A stretch of DNA of 64,000 nt from a bacterium (GTDB lineage: Bacteria; Electryoneota; Electryoneia; Electryoneales; Electryoneaceae): contig CAXXKJ010000002.1 of assembly GCA_963675295.2 (NCBI GenBank), positions 4,128,001-4,192,000 on the forward strand, given 5' to 3'. This document shows, one piece after another, positions 8,674 to 18,966 of the stretch. Below the pieces are notes generated by a model. That model was not told the DNA's origin. It saw only the letters and a list, made by a program, of their open reading frames with translations, and made no database searches. How positions within the stretch are numbered: the stretch's first letter is position 1; the number at the start of each line of letters is the position of its first letter. The position numbers were made by a program, and so were the translations under genes.

Positions 8674-9952
8674 CCAGTCTCTTGAGAACGTCGTTCAGGT
8701 CACCATTCCGGTTCAAGGATACCGCGCGCGCGACGGCTTTCGCCATGCTGAGATCGTCTTCTTCCAGGCTCGCGCGCTTCAGGTTTGAGATCATCAGGCT
8801 GACCACCTTGCGCATCAGCGACTTGCTGAACAGTTCGACTTGTTCCTGATCGGTTCCGTGGAATTTCTTCGCGTTGCGCTTGACTTCCAGTATGCGCAAT
8901 TCTTCGAGCGTTTCCTGCAGCTGCTGAATCGTCGGCGCAACACGATTTTCCTGGTACCACTCGGTGAACTCAGCGACTCGTTCCTTGATCAGCTCTTCCG
9001 CACGCTCCGCCTCAGCTTCACGTGCCTTAAGGTTCGCCTTGACCAGATCCTGGAAGTCGTCCACTGTGTACAGGTACATGTCGCGCAGGTCCCGGATTTC
9101 CGGCTCGGAGTCGCGCGGCACCGCGAGATCGAGCAACAGTTGCAGCCCCTTGCGCTTCTTCTTCGCCAGCTTCATCTGGTCATACGTGATCACCGGCTCG
9201 CTGGCAGAGGTCGCGGTAACGATCAGGTCCGCCCACGCCAGATCTTCCACCGTCGGCGGGAAGTCGGCGACCCGTCCGCCGAGCAGATCCGCGACCACTT
9301 CGGCATTTTCCCGTGTCCGATTGCAGACTGCCCAGCGGTCGATCCCGGCCGTGGTGAGATATTTCGCGGCGAGACGCGCGGTCTGGCCAGCGCCGACCAG
9401 CAGCACCCGCCGTCCCGCGAGCAGGCCGAAAATGCGTTCCGCCATCTTCACCGACGCCGACGCGACCGACACCGCGCCCCGGCTGATCTCGGTTTCCTGG
9501 CGAATGTTCTTGCCGGTTTCGATCGCCCGCAGGAACGCCTTGTTCAGCACGACGTTGGTGGTGTGTTCTTCCAACGCGGCGTGGTAAGCGTCTTTCACCT
9601 GCGCGAGGATCTGTACCTCGCCAAGCAGCTGGCTGTCAAGGCCGGCGGAAACGCGGAACAGGTGCTGCACGGCCTTCGCATCACGCAGGATGTATGCTGG
9701 TTCGGCTTCCTCGGGGGTGATGCCGGTGTGTTTCACCAGCATATTGCGCAACCCGTCCGCGGAGGTGTGCTGATACGGCGAGAGGTAGAACTCGGTCCGG
9801 TTGCAGGTGGACAGGATCAGCACTCCCTCGAGATTGTCCGACTGGACAAGCTCGTGCAGGGTCGCCGTCAACTTGTCCGGCGTCATCGCCGCGCGGTCGC
9901 GCACGTCGATGGGGGACGTCGTATGGTTCAGCCCGATCGCTTCCAGTCTCAT
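8654..9952 (-). CDS. hemA: Glutamyl-tRNA reductase
   Basis: [46 protein letters not shown]. Start placed at the ATG at 9952, which overlaps the upstream stop. Confidence 0.95.
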   Translation of the reverse strand: MRLEAIGLNHTTSPIDVRDRAAMTPDKLTATLHELVQSDNLEGVLILSTCNRTEFYLSPYQHTSADGLRNMLVKHTGITPEEAEPAYILRDAKAVQHLFRVSAGLDSQLLGEVQILAQVKDAYHAALEEHTTNVVLNKAFLRAIETGKNIRQETEISRGAVSVASASVKMAERIFGLLAGRRVLLVGAGQTARLAAKYLTTAGIDRWAVCNRTRENAEVVADLLGGRVADFPPTVEDLAWADLIVTATSASEPVITYDQMKLAKKKRKGLQLLLDLAVPRDSEPEIRDLRDMYLYTVDDFQDLVKANLKAREAEAERAEELIKERVAEFTEWYQENRVAPTIQQLQETLEELRILEVKRNAKKFHGTDQEQVELFSKSLMRKVVSLMISNLKRASLEEDDLSMAKAVARAVSLNRNGDLNDVLKRLDDELSH

Positions 9953-10776
9953 GCGAAATGCCTCGTGAAGAAACCGATCACGGAAACGATCAACAGCAGA
10001 ATCATCAGGGCCGACACACCGACCGAGGCGGCAGCCAGCTTCTGCTGCGCCAACCAATGGAAACGATCCGCGAGCCACAGGGAAGTAATGATCCCCCACA
10101 GCACCAGCATCGGGTGCAGGTGCGAGATGGTCGCCTCACGAGTCTCCGGCAGGAACCACAGCGTCCCCATCGCGCTCACCACGCTGATCGTGACCAGCAC
10201 CCAGCCGGCGGTCAGGGACACCCGCCGCAGCCGGTTGAGGTCGCTCATGGATGGCATATCGTGAAACCACTGCCCGAAGGTGCGGCTCTTGATCTGCTTG
10301 TGCAGGATGATTTCGCCCGCGCCGAACATGCCGCTGCCGAGCAGCAAGGTGACCGCTGCCAGCGACATCGCGATGTGCACCGACGCGCGCGGGTTGACCA
10401 GGTTCTCCGGCTTGAGGCTGGTTGTTTCCAATCCAAGCGCCAGCGCGGAAATCAGCAGCACCGCCACCACCGCGAGCGGGATGATGGTCAGCTTGCGCTG
10501 GCTGACACGGGTCTGCGTGTACGTCACACCCAGCCACATGAAACAGGCGAATGTGGCGAGCAGCTGGCCCGGTGTCGCGACAAGTAACGCGCCCTGGAAC
10601 ACCGCGTACCCGGCCCACCAGAGTCCGAAGATGATGGCAAGGAAGTTGCCGGCGCGGATCAGGTGATGGTCGCGTTTTCGTCCTTCCGGATGGCAGGGAG
10701 CATTCCACAGGCCGAGCAGCAGGCTGAAGCCCACGAGCATGATCAGTGGAAGAACCGTGGTAAGAAAGACTTGCAT
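9949..10776 (-). CDS. CcsA/HemX-like cytochrome c assembly family membrane protein
   Basis: About 8 TM segments; SVHIAMS; QIKSRTFGQWFHDMPSMSDL pattern; position directly before hemA. Confidence 0.7.
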   Translation of the reverse strand: MQVFLTTVLPLIMLVGFSLLLGLWNAPCHPEGRKRDHHLIRAGNFLAIIFGLWWAGYAVFQGALLVATPGQLLATFACFMWLGVTYTQTRVSQRKLTIIPLAVVAVLLISALALGLETTSLKPENLVNPRASVHIAMSLAAVTLLLGSGMFGAGEIILHKQIKSRTFGQWFHDMPSMSDLNRLRRVSLTAGWVLVTISVVSAMGTLWFLPETREATISHLHPMLVLWGIITSLWLADRFHWLAQQKLAAASVGVSALMILLLIVSVIGFFTRHFA

Positions 10777-10803
10777 CAACTCATCTCCAGCTTGGCAGCC
10801 ACA

Positions 10804-12228
10804 TCAGGCGGCGGCATGGACCGTCGCGGCCAATCGTTCGCTGAGGGAGGTTGCGACCCGGAACGCGTCCTTCGCGCAACCGTTGATCGACACTCCCCGG
10901 TACGACGCGCCGGTAAAGTACAACCCCGGAAGATCGTTCTCGAGCGTTTCGCTCGTCCGGACCCGATTCAAATGCCCGACCGTGTACTGCGCAATGCCGC
11001 GTTCGAAACGGAATTCACGCTTCATCGACGGCTCGCCGATAACGCCCTGCACCTTCGCATGGTCCGCCGCAGCGGTCGCGTGCAGCTTGTCTGCTTCCAG
11101 CTCTGTAATCTGCGGGTCATGCGCGCCGCCCATGATCGTACGCAGCAGGCGATGCTGGTCCGGTGCCTGTCCCGGGAAGATGGCGTCACTCCACAGTGTG
11201 CCGAGGCTGCGAATGCCTTCCCGGCGCGGAATCAATACGCCGAACCCTCTCAACGGATCGCTGAGGTGATCGACCGGATGCCCATGACAGACCACATCCA
11301 CCGGGGCATACTGAATCGCCGCTAGGGCGTTGGAAACGTTCTCATCGATCTCCCCGATCATCGCCGCGGCGGCGTAGGACGGCGCTGCGACAATCACCGC
11401 GTCCGCATCCAAGGTACGATCGTCGCTCACGACCCGGAACCGTCCATCCTCTCTCCGCGTCACGGTTTGTACGGGTGCGTTTGTCACCAGCGCATCCCCG
11501 AGCAGCTCGGCCAGTGCGTCCGGCAGTTGCCCCATCCCCTGCTTGAACGTGTGCAGCACGGCGTTCGGTCCACCCGGTCCACCGGCGGTCTTACCAGACC
11601 GCTTCGCCTCTTTCTGTTTCGCGATCATCGCCCGGAAGAGGCCGCCGTAGTCGCGTTCCATCTCGACCATTTTCGGGAACACCGCCGCCAGCGACAACTC
11701 TTTCGTGTTACCGGCGAAAATGCCGCTGACCATCGGGTCGAGCATCAGTTCGGCGAACGCATTCCCCAACCGTCTGCGACCGAAACCGTCTACGGTCTCG
11801 TCGCTGTCGTCTGACTTCGCCGGAATGAAGAATTCCCGTGCCATACGCAGTTTCGCGGTGAACGGCAGGATATCCGAGACGAGGAATTTGGGTGGTTTCG
11901 TCGGCACGAGGTGCATCTTGCCGCTGTGATAGATGTAGCGGTTTGCGCTGTTTTCGTCCGCCTTGACCAGCTCACCATTCAATCCAACACGCTTGACCAG
12001 GTCGAGCGTCGCCGGTTCGTTGTCGAGGAAGCCGTTCGGCCCCCACTCGCAGGTGTAGCCATCCACGTGATCGGTGCGCGTCGAGCCGCCGTGCCGCTCG
12101 TTCGCTTCGAGCACAGTCAGCTCAATCTCGACAACGCGTTCCCGAGCCAATTCACGTGTCAGGTACGCGCTGGCGAGCCCGGCGATGCCGCCACCGATCA
12201 CGACAATCCGTGGTCTCTGGTCACTCAT
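10804..12228 (-). CDS. hemY: FAD-dependent (proto/copro)porphyrinogen oxidase, HemY type
   Basis: IGGGIAGL, EWGPNGFL, DPMVSGIFAG, QYTVGHL, YRGVSINGC. Confidence 0.92.
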   Translation of the reverse strand: MSDQRPRIVVIGGGIAGLASAYLTRELARERVVEIELTVLEANERHGGSTRTDHVDGYTCEWGPNGFLDNEPATLDLVKRVGLNGELVKADENSANRYIYHSGKMHLVPTKPPKFLVSDILPFTAKLRMAREFFIPAKSDDSDETVDGFGRRRLGNAFAELMLDPMVSGIFAGNTKELSLAAVFPKMVEMERDYGGLFRAMIAKQKEAKRSGKTAGGPGGPNAVLHTFKQGMGQLPDALAELLGDALVTNAPVQTVTRREDGRFRVVSDDRTLDADAVIVAAPSYAAAAMIGEIDENVSNALAAIQYAPVDVVCHGHPVDHLSDPLRGFGVLIPRREGIRSLGTLWSDAIFPGQAPDQHRLLRTIMGGAHDPQITELEADKLHATAAADHAKVQGVIGEPSMKREFRFERGIAQYTVGHLNRVRTSETLENDLPGLYFTGASYRGVSINGCAKDAFRVATSLSERLAATVHAAA

Positions 12229-13165
12229 CCATCAACTCTCCAACAACCTGCATCAGCGTCTTCGCGAACCGGGGGTCATCGTTGTACGCGCTCACCCGCA
12301 CCACCTTGCGCACCCCGCGCTCGAGCAGATCCGGCCCGGCGACGAGGTCGAGATCGTACATCGTCTCGAGACAGTCGGCGACGAAGCTCAGCGGCATGAT
12401 CACCACCGGATCGTGGCTTTCGGCGAGGTTGTTGACCTCGTCCTCGAGATACGGCCCGGTCCATTTTACCGGCCCGACCCGGCTCTGGTACGCCAATCTC
12501 CAGTCGGTACCTTCGTGCAGAGTGGCGGCCAACCGTTCAGCGTTCTCACGCACCTGATGCGGGTAGGTGTCCCCGCGGTTAACGTCCCGCATCGGGATGC
12601 CATGCGCAACGAACAGGACACACGCGCCCTCGCCCGCCTCCTCCATCGCCTTGGCGAGGTACGTCGCCTGCAGGTCGATGATCGGCTGTTGCAGGCCCCA
12701 GACCGGCACAACGCGCAGCGGCATGTCCAGTTCCTCGGCGTGGCGTTTCGCTTCCACCTCGATCGAGCCGGTCATCGCCCGGGTTTCGTGCGGGAACAGC
12801 GGCAATAGGGTGACCTCGTCGATCCCGTCCCGTTTCAGCTCCGCCATCATCTCGCCGATCAACGGCTGCGTGTAGCGATAACAGTGAGTGACACGGGTGT
12901 ACATCTCGTTCAGATCCGCCCGGATCAGGTTTGTCTGCTTTTCGGTCCATTTCAGCAGCGGGGACGGTCCGCCGATCAGGTTGTACTTGTCGATCACCGA
13001 TTCGGTGCGTTTGCGCACAATCATGTTGCTGATGAAGCCGCGCAGAAAGTCCGGCACGGGCAGGATGTACGGGTCCGCGAAGATCGCGCGCATGTACGGC
13101 GCGACGTCCGCGTTTGACGCCGGCCCACCCATGTTGACCAGCAGCAGCGCCCGCTTCGTGCTCAT
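12221..13165 (-). CDS. hemH: Ferrochelatase
   Basis: LLVNMGGP, IGGPSPL, AHGIP, GDTYP, YQSRVGPVKWTGP, SFVADCLETMYDLD. Confidence 0.95.
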   Translation of the reverse strand: MSTKRALLLVNMGGPASNADVAPYMRAIFADPYILPVPDFLRGFISNMIVRKRTESVIDKYNLIGGPSPLLKWTEKQTNLIRADLNEMYTRVTHCYRYTQPLIGEMMAELKRDGIDEVTLLPLFPHETRAMTGSIEVEAKRHAEELDMPLRVVPVWGLQQPIIDLQATYLAKAMEEAGEGACVLFVAHGIPMRDVNRGDTYPHQVRENAERLAATLHEGTDWRLAYQSRVGPVKWTGPYLEDEVNNLAESHDPVVIMPLSFVADCLETMYDLDLVAGPDLLERGVRKVVRVSAYNDDPRFAKTLMQVVGELMDE

Positions 13166-14557
13166 CTACACCGTCCTCGAGAAGGTGACATTCGCCTGTT
13201 CCGGCAGGTAGCGGTCGAACGGCATCGCGAGGTTGCGCAGGAACAACCGTCCCAGCGCGGTGATGGTCCAGCCGTTACCGTGCGGTTCGATCAGGCCGGG
13301 CTCAACGTACGGTTCGAGGCTGGTCACGATCGACTGCAATGTGTCACGCAGGCCGGGGGTTTCGTCCGCGCCGTCCGGAACTCGCACGACCAGGTTGCAC
13401 ATCAATTCGTTGATCAGCTCTTTGCGGATACGGTCGTCGTGGTCCAGACTGTGTCCGCGCGCGACCGCCCAGCCGTCCTCGTCGATGCGCTGGTTGTAGA
13501 CATCCGGTAGCGTTGTGTTTTGTACGAACATCTCGTTCATCTCGCCAATCGACGACGCCCCGAATCCGAGCATTTCCACGCCCCGGATTTCGGTGTATCC
13601 CATAAAGTTGCGCCACAGGTGCCCGTTCCGGACCGCTTCCGCCAACCGGTCATGCGGCGCGGCGAAGTGGTCAAGCCCGATGATCTGGTAGTCCATCGAC
13701 GCGAAGTGCTTGTTCGCGTCCAGCAGCATGCCGAGACGTTCCCGTGGTGGCGGCATCTTGTCCGCCGGCAGGGCACGCTGATGCTTGATTTTGTCCGGCA
13801 GGTGGGCATAGCCGAAGCTGGCAAGACGTTCCGGCTTGAGCTCACCGACCTGCTCCAGCGTCGTGCGCCATGTATCGCGTGTCTGGTAGGGCAGGCCGTA
13901 GATCAGGTCGATGTTGACACTGACAAAGCCGAAGCTGCGGCAGCGGTCGATGAACGCTTTCATTTGATCGACGGCGAAGACGCGGTTGATCGACTTCTGC
14001 ACCTGTTCGTCGAAGTCCTGCAGCCCGATCGAAATGCGGCGGAAGCCACGATCTGCCAGAATTCGCAGGTGGTCATCCGTGGTCACTCGCGGATCGACCT
14101 CGACCGATCGTTCCGCGTTCTTAATGCCGGGAATTTCCTCGAGGAAGACGTCCAGCAATTCCGCCAGCTTGTCGACGGGAGTGTGGGTCGGCGTGCCGCC
14201 GCCGAGGTGCAACCAGGAATGGCGCAGCTTGCGGTTGACATGCCTACCGGTGTTGCGAATCTCGGTGATCAGCCGGTCAACGTAGTTGCAGATCGTGTCC
14301 GGTTTGCCGGTGATGAACGAGTTGCAACCGCAATACAGGCAGCGCGACTTGCAGAACGGCAGGTGCAGGTACGCCGCGACCGGGTTGCCACGGCTGACCA
14401 GTGCATCCAGCCCGGCCTGGTAGGTTTCCGTCGGGAAATGGTTCTTCCACACCGGCGCGGTCGGGTACGAAGTGTAGCGTGGGCCGCGCACATCCAGCCG
14501 TTCCACCAGCTCGAAGATTTCGTTTTCCGGGAGTGTCGGGACAGCGTGTTCGATCAT
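13166..14557 (-). CDS. hemN: Oxygen-independent coproporphyrinogen III dehydrogenase (radical SAM)
   Basis: GPRYTSYPTA, HLPFCKSRCLYCGC, GGGTPT, DLIYGLP, GLDHFA, RNFMGY. Confidence 0.95.
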   Translation of the reverse strand: MIEHAVPTLPENEIFELVERLDVRGPRYTSYPTAPVWKNHFPTETYQAGLDALVSRGNPVAAYLHLPFCKSRCLYCGCNSFITGKPDTICNYVDRLITEIRNTGRHVNRKLRHSWLHLGGGTPTHTPVDKLAELLDVFLEEIPGIKNAERSVEVDPRVTTDDHLRILADRGFRRISIGLQDFDEQVQKSINRVFAVDQMKAFIDRCRSFGFVSVNIDLIYGLPYQTRDTWRTTLEQVGELKPERLASFGYAHLPDKIKHQRALPADKMPPPRERLGMLLDANKHFASMDYQIIGLDHFAAPHDRLAEAVRNGHLWRNFMGYTEIRGVEMLGFGASSIGEMNEMFVQNTTLPDVYNQRIDEDGWAVARGHSLDHDDRIRKELINELMCNLVVRVPDGADETPGLRDTLQSIVTSLEPYVEPGLIEPHGNGWTITALGRLFLRNLAMPFDRYLPEQANVTFSRTV

Positions 14558-15597
14558 GCCCGGCTCCCGTTGCGGATCTCGTCCAGCATGATGTGCACGT
14601 TGTCGATCGGCGTCATCCGCAGGATACCGTGCCCGAGGTTGAACACATGCGGCCGGTCGCCGACGACGTCGATAATGTGTCGGGTTTCCCGGCGGATGGT
14701 TGCCTCATCGCCAAGCAGCACGGTCGGGTCGAGGTTGCCCTGGAAGACTGTCGTTTCGCCGAGTGTCCGTCGGGCGTGTTCGATGTCGATCCGCCAGTCG
14801 AGGCTGATCACATTCGCGCCGAAGTCGCCGAGTGCCGGCAGCAAATGTGCCGCGCCCTTGGCGTAGTAAGTGGAGGGTATCCCCACTTCCCGTAGCCGGG
14901 TAAAGATCCTGTGCAATGACGGCAGCAGGTGTTCCCGGAAATCCTTCAGCGTCAGCACCCCGGCCCAGGTGTCGAACACCTGCACTGCGTTCGCGCCGGC
15001 TTCCGCCTGCGCTACGAGGTATTCCGCGACCATCTGCGCGAGTTGATCGAGGAACTCGTGGAACAGCTTCGGCTCGGTGTACATCATCGTCTTGATCGTC
15101 GCGAACGGTTCCGGCTTGCCGCCCTCGATCCAGTAGGAGGCCAACGTGAAAGGCGCCCCGGCGAAGCCGATGAACGACGTCTCCGACGGCAACTCACGCC
15201 GGATCAACGACACCGCCTCGAGCACTTCCGGCAGCTTCTCGCGCGCGTCGAAGGTCTTGACCTGCTTCAGGTCGTCATACGTTCGCAACGGATTGGCGAT
15301 TTGCGGACCCGGATTGAAGTCGATTTTCGCACCCATCGGCGCGAGCGGCACGAGGATGTCACTGAACAGAATCGACGCGTCGAACCCATAGCGCCGGATT
15401 GGCTGCAGGGTAACCTCACACGCCAGTTCCGGTGTGTGGCAAACATCGAGGAAGCTGTATTTCCCACGAACCTCAAGGTATTCGGGGAGGTATCGCCCGG
15501 CCTGGCGCATCAGCCAGACAGGCAGAGTGCTGGTGGTTTCGCCCCGCACATTCTGCATGTAGCTGCGGGTAGGGGTCAGCGTGGTCGTTTCGGCCAA
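14554..15597 (-). CDS. hemE: Uroporphyrinogen decarboxylase
   Basis: WLMRQAGRYLPEY, ILFSDIL, GFAGAPFTLASY, QGNLDP, NLGHGI; TTG start. Confidence 0.97.
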   Translation of the reverse strand: MAETTTLTPTRSYMQNVRGETTSTLPVWLMRQAGRYLPEYLEVRGKYSFLDVCHTPELACEVTLQPIRRYGFDASILFSDILVPLAPMGAKIDFNPGPQIANPLRTYDDLKQVKTFDAREKLPEVLEAVSLIRRELPSETSFIGFAGAPFTLASYWIEGGKPEPFATIKTMMYTEPKLFHEFLDQLAQMVAEYLVAQAEAGANAVQVFDTWAGVLTLKDFREHLLPSLHRIFTRLREVGIPSTYYAKGAAHLLPALGDFGANVISLDWRIDIEHARRTLGETTVFQGNLDPTVLLGDEATIRRETRHIIDVVGDRPHVFNLGHGILRMTPIDNVHIMLDEIRNGSRA

Positions 15598-15928
15598 CGG
15601 GAACTCCCGAGTTCTGGATCGTGAACTGCTGAATCAACGCGTGGTCGCGCGAGTATTGTCACTCTGGAAACGTGCAAAGGCCGCCGTGTGGCGACCTTGC
15701 GACTGACCAAGTGTACAAGAAACCGCGCGGCGTATTGTCATGAAAATGTAATGGTTTTCGTTAAGCTCTCCTAACCCTTCCAGGGACAATCTCTCTCGCT
15801 GGTTCGGTGGCAGTTTCCCGATGGACTCGACACAACAAGTTGCTCCATCCTCTTCGATAACTTGATTTTCCCGGCGCGCTCCATCTTGTTATACTCAGGT
15901 CATGCTAATCATGACAGGAGATTTTATC

Positions 15929-17446
15929 ATGCCAACCCCCGCAGCTATGAGAAACACGCCTTTCCTGCTTCTGCTCGCTCTGCTCCTCCCAATGTTCGCT
16001 CACGCCAACATGCCCCACCCCGCCTGGTTGAAATTGTACGGCGGCGGCGACTACGACGAGGGCAAAACGGTCATCCGCACCCACGACGGCAACATCGCGG
16101 TGACGGGCGGTACCGAGTCCGCCGGTCCCGGCCTGATGGACGGTCATTTCAGCCTGTTTGACCCGGACGGCCGCATGATCGCACAACAGGTGTATGGCGG
16201 CAGCCGGGTCGACCGTGGCAAATGCATCATCGAGCTCGACAACGGGGATTTCCTCATCGCCGGCTACGCCCAGTCCTTCGAGGATCCCGGCTTCCGGCGG
16301 GTCTGGGTGCTGCGTGTCGGCCCTACCGGCGACCTGATCTGGGATACGATTTACGGTTCCGGCAGTGTCTTCGCGACCGGTTTTGTCATCGATCCGTGCC
16401 CGGACGGCGGCTACTACATTGGCGGCGATTACCAGGCGATGAACGACGGCCCGCGTGACGCGTACGCCATCCGCATTGACGGCGACGGGAACGTGATCTG
16501 GGAGAATCGCTTCGGGTTGGACCGGGATGTGCGCATGTTCTACGGCGCGGTCACTCCGGATGGCAATTTCGCCCTCGCCGGGTTCGAACGTGTCGCCGAA
16601 GACGACTTCCCGGACATGTACCTGGTCAAGGTGGACAAAGACGGCAACCAGCTATGGGAGGGGGAATACGGAACACCGTCCCGGGATGACGCCCGCGGAA
16701 TCGCGATCCTGCCGGACGGCCGCATGGTGCTCGCTGGAGAAACCTATCCGGACGGGTCCACCACCTCCGACATTGCGCTGGCAATCGTTGCGGACGATGG
16801 CACACAGCTCGCATGGCACGAGTACGGCTGGAACATGAGCGAGCAGGCGCGCCACGTGGAAATCACCTCCGCTGGCGACATTATGGTCGTCGGCCACAGC
16901 TTCTCCTTCGGCAACGCCGGCGACATGCTGGTCATGCTGATCGGACAGGATGGCAACGAACGCTGGAGCTGGCATTTTGGCGGCGAGTTCAACGAGTTCG
17001 TCAAATCCTCCGCCGAGATCCGGCCCGGTGAGTTTGTTTTCACCGGCCAGACTCTCTCCGGCCCGGACCCGGAAGGGTCGATGTTCCTGCTCAAGATGGA
17101 TGATGTCTCCGAATCGTTCAGCTACCCGCCGGACTTCGGCACGCCGGTGTTCGAACAACCCGCCGCACCCGAGCAGATTACACAGTTCCGCGTTGGCAGC
17201 GTCTACCCGAACCCGTTCAACTCGCAGGGACGGTTCAGCGTCCAGATCACCCAACCCGGCCCAATCCGTGTGGTGGTGTATGATCGTCTCGGCCGCCTGG
17301 TACGGGTGCTGGCGGACGAATCGGTCCCGGTCGGCGAACGGGTGTATCCGTTGTTCGCGGACGATCTGCCATCCGGCATGTACTTCGTTCAGGCGACTTC
17401 CCCCATCGCGGGGCAGGTGGTGACGCCGTTTACGGTGGTGAAGTGA
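15929..17446 (+). CDS. Secreted beta-propeller-like repeat protein with a T9SS type-A C-terminal sorting domain
   Basis: Signal peptide; ~50-aa repeats (D..G..LW...YG); CTD VYPNPFN...VYDRLGRLV...LPSGMYFV; AGGAG RBS before ATG 15929. Confidence 0.8.
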   Translation: MPTPAAMRNTPFLLLLALLLPMFAHANMPHPAWLKLYGGGDYDEGKTVIRTHDGNIAVTGGTESAGPGLMDGHFSLFDPDGRMIAQQVYGGSRVDRGKCIIELDNGDFLIAGYAQSFEDPGFRRVWVLRVGPTGDLIWDTIYGSGSVFATGFVIDPCPDGGYYIGGDYQAMNDGPRDAYAIRIDGDGNVIWENRFGLDRDVRMFYGAVTPDGNFALAGFERVAEDDFPDMYLVKVDKDGNQLWEGEYGTPSRDDARGIAILPDGRMVLAGETYPDGSTTSDIALAIVADDGTQLAWHEYGWNMSEQARHVEITSAGDIMVVGHSFSFGNAGDMLVMLIGQDGNERWSWHFGGEFNEFVKSSAEIRPGEFVFTGQTLSGPDPEGSMFLLKMDDVSESFSYPPDFGTPVFEQPAAPEQITQFRVGSVYPNPFNSQGRFSVQITQPGPIRVVVYDRLGRLVRVLADESVPVGERVYPLFADDLPSGMYFVQATSPIAGQVVTPFTVVK

Positions 17447-17546
17447 CCGCGTCCGCTCCACAACTCCTGTAGCTCACCCGGAATCAATCCCGCCTGCCTG
17501 CTGGAACAAACTGCAGCGGATGTCCGTTGAGATGAGGAGGTGAGGT

Positions 17547-18788
17547 GTGTCCTTTTCGCACGGGATCAGGCTGGTTTTTCCCGTGGTCCCGTTAGCACTG
17601 TCTGTTTCTGTCACGGAGTCCCAACTGGCAAGAGTTGTGGTTCGATTTGTCCGCATACTGCTGATATCATTGTTTATCGCGTTGCCCGCTCACGCGGTTC
17701 CCGCGGGCGGAGGTGGCGACGTTTCCGCCGTGGCCTCGACGACGGACGTGGCGTTGCTGATTTTTTACATCGTGCTCGCGCTGCTGGTATCGTTCCTTTG
17801 TTCCATCGCGGAAGCGGTGCTGCTGAGCATCACGCCGACCTACATCGAAAGCCAGCAAACGCGGAACCCGAAGCTCGCCCGTCTGCTGAAAAAGGTGAAG
17901 CAGGACCGGATCGACCAGTCCCTTGCCGCGATCCTGACGTTGAACACCATCGCCCACACCGTTGGCGCCATCGGCGCGGGCGCAAAGGCCACGATTGTCT
18001 TTGGCAGTGTGTGGTTCGGCCTGTTTTCGGCGGTGATGACGTTGCTGATCCTGTTTCTTTCCGAGATCATCCCGAAGACCCTCGGCGCGGTGCATTGGGC
18101 ACGCCTGGTCAAACCGGTGGCGGTGTACGTTCAGGTGCTGGTCTATGGACTGTACCCGCTGGTCTGGCTTTCAGAACGGTTGACCCGTCTGTTCTCCCGC
18201 AAGCAGGACGGCCATCGAATCACGCGCGAAGAAATCCTCGCCATGGTCCGGATCGGGGAACAGACCGGGAATGTGCTCGGGCAAGAGCATTCGATGATCC
18301 GCAACCTGTTCCGTTTCCGTCAGCTGAAAGTCGCGGAAATCATGACACCGCGCACCGTCATCTCGGCGTTTCCTGAAGATCTGACGGTCGGCGAAGCTGC
18401 GGAGCAGGCCGCGAATGTCCCCTTCTCACGGTTTCCGGTCTACGTGGACACCATCGACCGTGTCACCGGGTTTGTGCTCAAGGACGATCTCCTGCTGCAT
18501 GCCGCGCAGGCCGAAACAGCGATTTCGTTGGCCACGTTGCGGCGGGACATCCTCTCGGTGCCGGAAATCATCACCCTGCCGGACCTGTTTCAGCATCTGC
18601 TCGCCCAACGTGCGCACATCGCACTGGTCGTTGATGAGCACGGCGGAACCGGCGGACTGGTCACGCTGGAAGATCTCGTCGAAACGCTTGTCGGTGAGGA
18701 GATCATGGACGAGAGCGACCAGGTCGCCAATCTCCGCGAAGTAGCTCGCAAACGGTGGCACCGGCGCGGGGGACAACGTGTAAGCTGA
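17547..18788 (+). CDS. CNNM/DUF21-CBS domain membrane protein (hemolysin/CorC-like)
   Basis: SFLCSIAEAVLLS, ILTLNTIAHTVGA, SEIIPKT, IMTPR, FSRFPV, VVDEHGGTGGLVTLED. Start uncertain (alternative GTG near 17637). Confidence 0.9.
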   Translation: MSFSHGIRLVFPVVPLALSVSVTESQLARVVVRFVRILLISLFIALPAHAVPAGGGGDVSAVASTTDVALLIFYIVLALLVSFLCSIAEAVLLSITPTYIESQQTRNPKLARLLKKVKQDRIDQSLAAILTLNTIAHTVGAIGAGAKATIVFGSVWFGLFSAVMTLLILFLSEIIPKTLGAVHWARLVKPVAVYVQVLVYGLYPLVWLSERLTRLFSRKQDGHRITREEILAMVRIGEQTGNVLGQEHSMIRNLFRFRQLKVAEIMTPRTVISAFPEDLTVGEAAEQAANVPFSRFPVYVDTIDRVTGFVLKDDLLLHAAQAETAISLATLRRDILSVPEIITLPDLFQHLLAQRAHIALVVDEHGGTGGLVTLEDLVETLVGEEIMDESDQVANLREVARKRWHRRGGQRVS

Positions 18789-18966
18789 TACGTCTTCCTC
18801 GAACGCTGGCCAGAAGTTTCGCCGCGCACAGCTACTCATCCTGAAGCGACTCTTCCCGGATCTCAGCCCCACACATCTCGCCGCTCCGGTGATCCGTCCC
18901 TTCGTTGGTTACATTGTGGGATTCCAACGGAATTCACGTGACGTAGACCAACCGTGGGGGTTGCCG

